In this document: positions 53,586 to 64,000 of the stretch, one piece after another
Numbering within the stretch: position 1 is the stretch's first letter
How the letters are laid out: each line of letters begins with the position of its first letter
From: Bigelowiella natans CCMP2755
Lineage: Eukaryota; Protista; Cercozoa
Assembly (NCBI GenBank): GCA_000320545.1
Contig: ADNK01001322.1
Location: 25,070-89,069, forward strand
Reading direction: 5' to 3'
DNA: 64,000 nt
Notes under the pieces: model-generated
What the model was told of the DNA's origin: nothing
What the model saw: only the letters and a program-made list of their open reading frames with translations
Databases searched by the model: none
Program-made: the position numbers and the translations under genes

Positions 53586-53865
53586 TTAAATCGGTGAATT
53601 TTACATCTCTAGATTTGTGCTAGCAGGCTAGCAGGTCAAGATTTCATGTTGACTACAGACACAGTACACATTGTACATGTGTGTCTAATGTGTTGCTAAG
53701 TTTCTGATCAGAAGTGTTATCTTCATTTTGAATTTTGATATCTGTGGATCCAAAAGAATGATTCACACATCGCATGATGTAAATTTCTTTCATGTGATAG
53801 CTACCGAACCGTTTTGGGTGCTGATATGTGCCCCGATGTGGAACTAATTTCGAAATACATCCAAA

Positions 53866-56800
53866 CTACTTGGGACGCAACACTTCAAAACTGAAAAGAG
53901 CTTTCAAATCCTCAAATCTGACCTTCTTCAAATCTGCACCGGATTTCCCCTACAAAAAGTGAATTTCAATTTTCAATGATCTTCGGATCACTTTGAAAAT
54001 TATATTTTATTACCTCGACACTAGCTGCTAGATTTCGTTTACGATTCTGCAACTTCAATATCTTTTCTTCGATAGTGCTTTCTACAATGAAACGTTTCAC
54101 TGTCACAGGCCGAGTTTGCCCAATTCTGTGGACACGCTGTACTGCCTGATCCTCGGCCGCAGGATTCCACCTACAAAAGTCGATATTATAACAATTAACC
54201 GTTGGTAGAATTAAAATCATAAGTTTTACCAGATATCCAAGAAGAAAACATGATTCGCTTCGACAAGATTTAGGCCCACCCCTCCAGCTTTGAGGGAGAT
54301 TAAAATTATTTTGGTTTGTTTGTCGCTTCTGAACTGATGTAATACTTTTTCCCGGTTCTTCCGTGAAAGACTTCCATCTAAGCGAACAAACTTGAATCCA
54401 ACATCTTTCAACGGACATTCGATAAGATCAAGCATGTGGGTGAATTGGGAGAAAACCACACTCTTTATCGATGGGTCCTTTCGCTTTAAATCCTCGAGTT
54501 CTTCCACCAACCGTTTCGTTTTCGAACTGTGCTTCCAATCTCCTACCCCACAACGTGCTTGCGCGTTTGCATCAGCTGTTGGAACTTTGTAAAGATTTAC
54601 CTCGTAGATATCGTTACGGCAGATAGCACAACGCGCCCATCCCTTTTTATTGAACATTGATGAAACACACTCACGGCAATAGTAGTGTGCACACTGTGTA
54701 ACAACCGGATTCTCTGGAATATCCAGGCATATAGGGCATTCTGTATTTTCACCCCTTTTCAGATCTTCCACGACCTTTTCCACGAATTTTTTCGGGACAC
54801 TGCCCTTACTTCCATCACCCTTGACGGAGTCGTGCAGCTCGACTCGAGATGTAAAATTATCATAAAAAGCCTTGAGCTCACGATCCATTTCCTTTTCTGA
54901 CCGTTTTCGTCCGAGGGTCAAGATGGGATGGTCACATGCTTGACGCAACCGAAGTATGAGGGTAAAGATCTCGCAATACTTATTCAGTACAACACCTTGT
55001 CTCATATAGTGGTCGAATTGCGTCTTTGTTCGGGAAAAAAGAGCATCATAGATATCTTGCTCCTGAGGTGTGAACTTTAATCTTACGATGGACTCTTTCA
55101 TTGGAGGAATTTCAAGAATTCGTTTTCCTTTTGCATCTTTCATCATCTTTGTTCTACGAAGAAGTATTGGCTGAAGAACAGCCTTAAGTCTCATAACAGC
55201 CCGATCATCTCCTTTTTCGTGAGGTTTTGCGATGACTTTTCGCCACCACGCTGCCGATGCCCATGGTTCTTCTCGAAGAAAATGTAAGAGAGAAAACAAG
55301 TCATCCAGCTTGTTTTGAATGGGAGTTCCGGTTAGACACCACCTATGCCTGGCCTCAATTGAAAATACTGCCTTCGCAGATTCTGTGCCACAATTTCGGA
55401 TATAGTGGGCTTCGTCTAGCATGATGCGCCACCATATGAGACTATGGAGGTTTGCCCCAGAGCTTTTCATATCTGATGCAAGAGTACCGTAACTCGTTAC
55501 CACAACGTCGTAATTCGTTATGGGAGAACGGCAGCGATCGCTTCCATGGTATATCAATACGTTCTGGTGTGAATGGCGAAGAACTTCGTCATGCCATTGT
55601 CCGATCAAAGACATTGGGCAAACGACAAGGGTGCCGCCGCACAATCTCGTGATGCCCTTTTTCCGAGCCGTTGGGGAATCAGATAAGGTTTCCCTCAACT
55701 TTGATTCACAGTACGGGTTTGATACCATTAATGCAATGGCTTGAACGGTTTTACCCATGCCCATTTCGTCGGCCAGTATGCCACCAGGAGCTGCACAGTT
55801 GTTCTTTGGCATTAAAACAGATACCTCCATCGAAAAAGGGTTCACATAAAAACATGTCCCATCTCCAAGACGGAACTCATCCCAAAGTGGATGCCTCTTT
55901 GCCTGGTTCGGGGAAGGTATATTCGTATCGCTTGAATTTCCTTTTCCTTTCTTCAAAGCTACAGTCTGAGTATTCTTACTATGTTCATTTGAACCACTTG
56001 GGATTTTGCTCAAATTCGCTCCATTTCCTTTATCTGAACTTTGCAAGTGTTCTTGTATGTCTTTATTCTGGTTATCCTTCGAGGAATCAGATTTCGAATC
56101 ATCCATAACATCTTCATCATTTTCCAACGATCCCTCCTCTTCTTGGACTTCCTTTGCAACTCGAGCATGTTCTCTTGTCAGCATCCACCACAATGCCTGC
56201 TTCTGATATCCGCGAAGAGTGCATAAAAGACTGTCGGGTTGCCTTGCCATCGGTAAAGAAGCAGCGACACTATTAGAATTGTCAACGAGGGATTTTATCT
56301 GATTTTCTGTCAATCTGGCAGCACTGGAGTCATCATCAGTACTGTTGCTACTGCTTTTTTGGACAATCCCAAGCCCTCGCTTATTAGCATCCTGTATCGA
56401 CTTCACACCTAAGAATTTAAGTAGCTCCAAGAAATTCTGGACAGCTGCAAATTTATCTGAAGAATCCTCTGGATCATTCTCATGTGTAGCAGCTCTCAAT
56501 ATTTCTGGGTCTGGGGCTTGGAGGGTTCTAAAAAAGTTACTAGTAATGCTGATGCTTACCTCTAACACAACGGTTGAGAATATTTGTACGTTGGAGGGAG
56601 CTTCAATGCAAGTTCCAGATAGATCGATATACCCGGCATCAAATAAAGGAGTTATGCTCGTCGATATGTTCGTTGGCAGACGTCCTATCTCGGAATTATA
56701 CTTTCCTGCAGTGAATCTAAGTATTCTCGTGGACCTCTTTTCTGAGGCTGGAAGCCGTTGTCGTTTATGACCCTTCAGAAGCTTGTTTGAAAATTTCTTC

Positions 56801-58018
56801 GTAGATTCTACCTTCCTCCGTTGAAAACTAACAATATCCCCCGCTTTCAACAAATCTCTCCCCCTTGTAGTCGCCATTGCGCTTACAAGGAGAGTACCCA
56901 GAGGTTTAGTTTCCCAAGCCAATCTACTATTTATTTCTGATTCCCTCTCACGACGCGCTAATTCCATTTTTATTTGCCGTTCCTTCGTGATGATCTCAAT
57001 TTTAATTACTTCATCGGGTAAACTGTTTTCTTCGCAATTTTTGCTGCTGCTGCTGCTGCTACTGCTACTGCTACTCCTGCTGTTTTTCTCTCTTTTACTT
57101 GACGAGGTCGAATTCAAACTAGTACTTTTACGGCCACCTTTGAAAATAGGGTGCAGTTCCTTTGAGCTCCAGCTGGAAGATGGCATTTTCTTTGCCTCCC
57201 CGTACTTAGATATATTTCTTGATCTTTTGGATGTTTTTTTCCTGTAGAATGGATTTTAGTCATTTAAAAACAAATATATAAAGAATTGCTAGATTTGGTA
57301 CGATTCGCACCTGGTTGGAGGGGAATTTGGTTGAACCTCAAAGTCGCTTTCATCTGTTGTCTCATCTGAGGTTGTAAAGCAATACCGACTCTCAACTGTT
57401 ATTCAAAGATGGTCGAGCCATTGCTGTATTTCTACCTTCGTGTACTTCAAAAAAATGAGAATAGCTCTTCCCTTTGGATGCTTCTCGATGTAACCTACCA
57501 ATATAATTTCAGATCGATTCTAGCTTAGTTGTATCGTCATGCACCTTTTGGATCCTCGTTTCGCTTTGTGAACTGGGGAGTCGATGACTATAACCTCCCG
57601 TTCCTTTGCAGTTGTAACTGTGCGACTGAAATTTCCTGGGGGTCGGGTATTTTCGTCCGGAGAGTTCCTCGTGGTAGACTCTTGGGCTTTCCGAATAAGC
57701 TGCTTCTTGAGATCTTGTTGCCGCCTGATAGGTTTGCATACTTCTTTTTCTAGCGAATATTACGTGTATATTAAATGTGCATGGGAGTAAACGTACATCG
57801 CAGAAGCTGGTATCTTGCCACCATTATCAAAATAGAGATTGACAGCACGTGAAACATTGCCCTTTGCCTTGCTCAAGAAGTATCCCAGGACCCTGTTGGC
57901 GATCTGCAAAGTTGAAGTGATGATATTGCGGGTACACTTAGTAAATTACTCCGGATACCTCCGACCCAACGACTGCCTTGAACTCTGAAATTTTAGTCCC
58001 AGGGAGTGGAGTCGCCAT
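53866..58018 (-). CDS. RAD5: RAD5/HLTF-type SNF2 helicase with UBA-like, HIRAN and RING domains
   Basis: EFKAVVG...[14 protein letters not shown]; HIRAN EIGRLP; [13 protein letters not shown]; [11 protein letters not shown]; [11 protein letters not shown]; RING CPICLD...[10 protein letters not shown]...CAICR; [10 protein letters not shown]; [18 protein letters not shown]. Confidence 0.94.
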
Positions 58019-58525
58019 TTCAGATCGCTGATTGCAAGACTTGTGTATTATTTTCGACCACGTGGAGTTCCTCCACCATATTGAATTGATACAACAGCCC
58101 GCCAAGGCCTTCCCTTTTAATTCCTATTTTCCATAAAACAAATACGTTTATTAACTACGACAACAAGGATCCAAATAATTTGGAATTTTAATTGTAGCAA
58201 GTTCAGGTGAAGATAAAATGTAGAAAATTTAACTTGTGCGACATGCAATATGTGTCCTTCTCGGCAATATGAAGCATAAAACGCTTACAGAACGCTATTA
58301 CATTTTTAACATGTTGAGGTTGTCGTAGAATAGGAATCCCCTGACATATTACCAAGAAATGGGTCCAGCTTGAATTATAGAAACCGAAACAAAGGTTTAC
58401 AGCTTGGGTAACAGCTCAGTGAACCTGCCCAGCCCCTCGAAGAATCCCACTCCTTTTTGTGATTCAACGCAACACAACGCTTCCTCTTCTCTCCGAGCTT
58501 GCCATCAACGTGTAGAAATAGCAAG

Positions 58526-59692
58526 ATGATGAAGCCCCAGAACGAGAGCGTTTACAGCTTCAGTGTCGAGTATTACGACAAGATGGCGTCCATTGTGCGG
58601 AAGTATGTGTTGTTTTACCACCTCCAGAACGGGATGATAGAAATGTATGACCCTAAAAATCGCCGCACATTCCTGAAAAAATGTAGATACGAGTCTATTT
58701 CTCTTAAAGATCTTTATCTTGGAGCAAAGATATCCGTCTACTCCCGCTTACTGACCGTGGTCTCTTATGGAGATGATTTCACTCGTCGAATGTTACAAAA
58801 AGCAAGTGCAAAGACTCTTTGCATTATCAAAGCTCCTGCATACGAATCATCTGGAAAGATTCTAGACTGTCTCATTCAGCAGGGTTTCATTGTGACCAAT
58901 GCAAAACTGTGCAACTTAAAACCTATCCAAGCTGCTGAATTGGTCGGGAATGGAGAAGAAGCAAAGAGCTTGGCAATAGATAATATATACGCATTTGAGC
59001 TCGCATGCAAGGATGCAGTTTCTAAGCTTAATGAAATATGCTCTGGTGACACAAAACTTCGGAAAATATTGTCCAAACTTCCCGTTGAGGCAGCCTTGTA
59101 TGCTGCAAGCTCAACTTCAGATGTTCAAAAACAACTTGACTTTATTTTCAGCAAAAAAGTGGCCTCTGTTGCTACCTTCAACAATTGCACAACATGTGTT
59201 ATCAAACCACAAGCTTTAAAAGACGGATACGCTGGGGTTGTCATAGATAGCATCTTAAATGAAGGTTACGAGATATCTGCGTTGGAGATGTTCAGACTGG
59301 ATGTCGACGCTGCCAAAGGTTAGTCTGTGTGAAGACATTCGTAATATTCACCAATAACTAAAGGATCTTTTGTATCTTTTACATGGATTTTTTCAGAATT
59401 TCTCGAAGTCTACGACACGGTGGTGCCACATTACAGCGCAATGGTCAAGCATTTGACCGAAGGCCCCGTAATTGCTATGGAGGTTCGTACAGAGAAAGAG
59501 AAAACTGTCAATCTCTTCCGAGAATTTATTGGTCCAGCTGATCCAGTTGTAGCACGCCATATTCGCCCTCACACACTTCGGGCAAAAGTTGGAAAAGATA
59601 AAGTGAAGAATGGGGTTCATTGTACAGATCTCCCAGAAGACGGTGTTCTGGAAAGTGAATTCTTTTTTGATATTCTTCAAAAGGCAAAGTAA
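58526..59692 (+). CDS. NME7: Nucleoside diphosphate kinase 7 (DM10 + two NDK domains)
   Basis: YSFSVEYYDKMASIVRKYVLFY...IEMYDPKNRRTFLKK (DM10); TTCVIKP; EFLEVY; FREFIGPADP...RPHTLRA...KNGVHCTDLPEDGVLESEFFF. One intron, about 59319-59397. Confidence 0.94.
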
Positions 59693-60960
59693 ACGCCTGT
59701 CAAGAATATGGACGACTTTTTTTCCCTAGAAGATGAAATCCTATTGTCCGAAAGTACCACTTTCATTAGTGCGATGCAGATTTATTCACATTGTGTCGCA
59801 GTGTGAAAGTAGTCTGCATATGGTTGTGCCCGCTAATAAATCGTGGCATGCGCATCATTTCACACTATCGACATGTGTTCAGTTACAAATTACATGTGGT
59901 CATAGCAGATTCACAGAGAAGAAGCGATGATTTTAACCAGGCGGTGGTGCGCAACTCTAGAACTGTGTATGTACGTATCTAGGTATGTGTGTGCACAGGC
60001 AGCGCGCGTACGCACGCCTCGTCATCGTCCATGTCGCGCGTATATATATCGTACGCGCGCTGCATTACAGTACATGTACGTACATAACTGTCTATATGTC
60101 AGATAGAGTCCGGTGTAATACAATAGTTAATAAACATGTATACATAAATCAAATGCACAACTACAGAACTCCCCCTGTACTTTGAAATATAGAAACGTGC
60201 ATGCACGGCACTGCTGGTATACATGGCATAGCATGTGCATGTTGATGTGCTTGCGATGCGGCAGTGCGCGCGGATGCATGCTGGAATAAACCAATTTTTT
60301 AAATATCGTACGGTCATCCTGATTCCAACAATAATTATTTAGATGCGTGCAAACCTACGGGTACAGCGCTTATTAATAAACTGTTTGAGTGTCTGTGGCT
60401 GTTGCGAGATAGTAGGTGCATGGCAGAGCCCTTTAGGCTATGCCGCATACGCACGTACGAACATGTGTAGTTATAGTTTCATATTATACACATGTTCTTA
60501 ATATCACATGTGGTTTAATACATATGTACTAGCACATATGATCTATGTCACATATGTTCTAAAGTACACGTGTGTGCTAACGGCGGTACGCGGCAGAGCC
60601 CTTTATTAGGCTATGCCGCATGCTTGAAAATACGATGTGCACACACATGCATATGCTAGCATGATCGACCCTACGACGCTGTCATGTCTGCTTACTTACA
60701 TATGCACCATACTAGCGAATCACGCACTGCACATGCTGCAACAAAGCATGCGCAATCGCGCTTTGAATGCAGCAATTTCGATACTGCTGGATCTCTCAAA
60801 ATTACCTTTGTGAATTCACAAATTTGCATCCCAAACAAATACACCAATAATGCGATGCGTGTGTTCAAACAGCCTTGTCACCAATGCAACGATGCATTAT
60901 GATACCTCACTTGCACTTGATCTCCAGAAATCAAATCTGTCGGCCATCGATCAAATCGCA

Positions 60961-62862
60961 TCAAACAATCTGCATTGCAGTCTGAAGATTCTGTTTTCGG
61001 AAAACTTTTAGTCTTTTAGACGTGCGCTTTCCTTTTGGCTTCATCATCATGAAAGCTGCCACGTTTCTCACCATTTTTGCGGTTTGATCGAAAACAGCAG
61101 TCATTCCGTTCACAGAGTTTTTGGTTTCTTGACCCTGGGGTAGAAGATTGAGATTACTGTGCACATGCTTGCAGCTGTTGGCAGTGCTATTTGGATTCAC
61201 ATCGTTGTCTCCGTCACTGAGCGGAGGAACACTGCTGTCTTCATTGTCCTCATCGGTTGAACCATCTTGAATTTCTGACTTCACCTTTGCGGCAAGGATG
61301 TTTTTTATCCCTGGAACTCTCCCCCCCAGACCCTTTATGTCTTTAACTTCGTAGTCGATCATCTGTTGAAGGGTGTCCAGTATGTAGAGACAGCGCTTGG
61401 GACGTTCTGCAACCATCTTCATCTGCTCTTGAAAGTACAAGCGGTATGTCACAAGCCGCTCATACCACTTCTTGTGTAATTCCAACTTCCGCCGCTTGGA
61501 AAGCTTGGCATTATCAAGGTTCTCGTCTTGCACATACTTTTCTTGCAGATCGACAAACCGAATGAGGCAGACAGCCTTTCGAATATCGTCATCGCTGAAG
61601 TGATCCTCCTGCTTATTTTCGTCTTCATCATGATGATACTGAAACTCGATCTTTGCAGTGTGAGACTTGGCAAATTTTTCAATGCTTTTCCACGTGGTTT
61701 TCACATGAATCTCATGGTTTTGGGGAGGTAAATGCTTGAAGACAAGGATTCCACCCATTATTTCGTTGTCACAGGTCACAGAATTCGCAAATTCCCCAGA
61801 GAGGGTGACAGTTTTTGTCCCGCGTTTGAGTGCAAGAAGCTCTGAGGATCCAAACCCTTTTATGACATCTGCACCATTGAATCTCATTTTGATGTCCACA
61901 GCGATGGGTGCTATTTCGTATGGAAAATCTTCTACAAGACTCGCCTGTGCATCCTGGACAGAACTAATGGACATGTAGCGGCAACCAGCCACCGAACTGA
62001 TTCGCTGCACGCACCCAACAGAGAGGTCAACATCAATCCCAACCACAGTTGTGTATATCGACTCTTTCGCCGCATCCTTGATGTGCTCCAGCACCCTTTC
62101 CTCGTCGTGCAAGCCAGATTCCATATCTGTCAGGAAATACACTCTCTTCACATTCTCCCTTTGCTGTCTGCCACCCTTGAAACCGATCTCTTTCAGTCCA
62201 GCCATAAGGCCACCGGAAAGATTTGTGCCCCCCGACGCAATAAGGGATGAAACGGCTGAGTCAACGTTGTTCCTCCTGTTTAAGCTCTCGAACGGAGTCA
62301 AAGGCAGCAGAACTTCCTGATCATACGTGAATTCTACCAAGGCAAGACGATCGCCAGATTTCAACTGGTCGATCACTGTTCCGATTACGCTCTTTACTGC
62401 ATCAAGTTTGCTGGTGCGATTTCTGTGGTTGGTTGTAGCACTATTGAATTCAGAGTCCATGGAGCCAGAAGTATCCACGACAATTACTAGGTCTACAGGC
62501 GGCCTGCCATACTTTTTAATTCCGGCCCCATTAAACTTGCTAGCAAAAGCCACCGAAGACCAGTACTCACGGGCTCCGGTCTCAGGATTCACCGTGCATG
62601 CGTGGGAGAACCGAGGAACAAACTCAGATTTAGTTTCGGTAGGAACTGCTGCGTTCTTGAAACCATGAGCGAAAAATGTGTTCTCATAGTTGACGAATGA
62701 TGTCTTCGCCTTTCGTTCTTCGGAGCCGTAAGAAGCATTTCCTACCATCTGCCCAGAAGTCATGTAGCCTTTGAACCTCTTGCGAGACGCTTTCGTGGCG
62801 AGTTGCTTTCGTGGCGCGGAGCCTCCGGTCGACTTGCGTGCGGCCTGCTTGGTACGAGCCAT
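60961..62862 (-). CDS. Histone H3 N-terminal tail fused to a von Willebrand factor A (MIDAS) domain; intronless
   Basis: [28 protein letters not shown], then [16 protein letters not shown] (DxSxS), GGTNL and YFLTD. No histone fold. Basic C-terminus. Confidence 0.9.
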   Translation of the reverse strand: [633 protein letters not shown]

Positions 62863-62929
62863 TGTACTTCCGTTTTAGTCGTGTTTGGAGGGACTTTGGA
62901 TTTTGCTGTTTTTGAGTGAGTTTGGATTT

Positions 62930-63199
62930 TGTTGTTCTCGAGTGAGTTTGGATTTATGTTTTTATGAGTTCCAACACTAAAAGTCGGCTCGCAAATAAAC
63001 AGAAAGAATCACATGACATTTCATACCTGCGACATCATGGGATTAAACACAAACATTAAAACCATGTTGTTCTCGAGTGAGTTTGGATTTATGTTTTTAT
63101 GAGTTCCAACACTAAAAGTCGGCTCGCAAATAAACAGAAAGAATCACATGACATTTCATACCTGCGACATCGTGGGATTAAACACAAACATTAAAACCA
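62930..63199 (+). repeat. 135-bp tandem duplication upstream of the H3-tail-VWA gene
   Basis: 62930-63064 and 63065-63199 are identical except one A/G (GACATCATGGG vs GACATCGTGGG). Confidence 0.93.
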
Positions 63200-63347
63200 C
63201 ATGATGAAACATTCAAAACCACCTCGGCATGTCTCCTTCTCAAGCCGAACAAGAAAATTAAAAAGCGGTTCGCAAGCCTTCGAACAGACAATGATTATTT
63301 TGTCGGCAAAAAGCGCTCTTCCTCTTCTGATGACGACAACCTTCACC

Positions 63348-63401
<54 letters not shown>

Positions 63402-63858
63402 AGCGACTTGAAAGAATTTTCAAACTTCCAAGGAAAGAATTCAAAAAATACAGCTTGGCTGGTACTTGATCTCCTGCTCCCCTCACAAGGGTTGCGCTTG
63501 GATGGCAGATGTCGGGAGGCAGGTGGTCAATCGCTGCTGGAGTCATCGCATGGTTCCTCCTCATTTCATCCACGGTTAGAAAATAATTCCCTCATACAAC
63601 TGTTTCTCCCCCCCCTCCTAGTTGCTACTACCTCTTATGCATCCATGTCTGTATTCAACAATAATTTCAGTCTCAGGCAACCCGACGCACTGCTCAACGA
63701 ATGAATCAGACACGATCTTCTTTGACTGTCACTGTCCGAAATTCTCGGGATTCAGATAGGTACATGTACCCTGCGGGGAGGGAGGGTTATTGCACTAGTG
63801 TTTGAAAGATAAAATGTGTACCACACACAACATACATTTGTGTGTCTTCATCGATCGG

Positions 63859-63889
<31 letters not shown>

Positions 63890-63892
63890 AGA

Positions 63893-63942
<50 letters not shown>

Positions 63943-64000
63943 CCGTTCTTTATATCTCCCTCTGACCACTGTGACAAATTGAATTCCGAGAATTTTGGGA

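Noticed and set aside
62770-62862. Canonical histone H3 or CENP-A gene
   Set aside because: Similarity stops at K27 and no histone fold follows.
63201-63704. 167-aa plus-strand ORF with poly-T/poly-N
   Set aside because: Driven by (ACC)n and (AAC)n microsatellites. Strand and exon structure cannot be resolved at the window edge.

Overview
Eukaryotic (protist-like) nuclear DNA using the standard code, with GT-AG introns and many intronic microsatellites. It is possibly rhizarian/chlorarachniophyte-like, but that is only an impression. About 18 protein genes are recognisable or probable: Rab5, Sec61-alpha, MYG1, a FOXRED1-like oxidoreductase, SKP1, a saposin-purple acid phosphatase, a membrane aspartic protease, a CFA/CNMT-like methyltransferase, two PPR proteins, DIS3, RAD5, NME7, an intronless histone-H3-tail-VWA fusion and several hypotheticals. 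Genes alternate strand almost perfectly, with short AT-rich divergent gaps and alternating purine/pyrimidine spacers between convergent 3' ends. The strongest unexplained signal is four 1.4-2 kb tracts (about 20.5-22.1, 29.3-31.3, 37.1-38.5 and 52.1-53.6 kb) that have lost almost all TpA dinucleotides; the survivors are nearly all CTAG, CTA or TAG. Three of the tracts share a short repeat family whose copies differ by TA/CA/TG swaps, and three sit exactly where strand alternation breaks. This points to a targeted TpA->TpG/CpA (A-to-G) hypermutation, a 'reverse RIP' genome-defence-like process. Counts are by eye, and exon boundaries are partly approximate.
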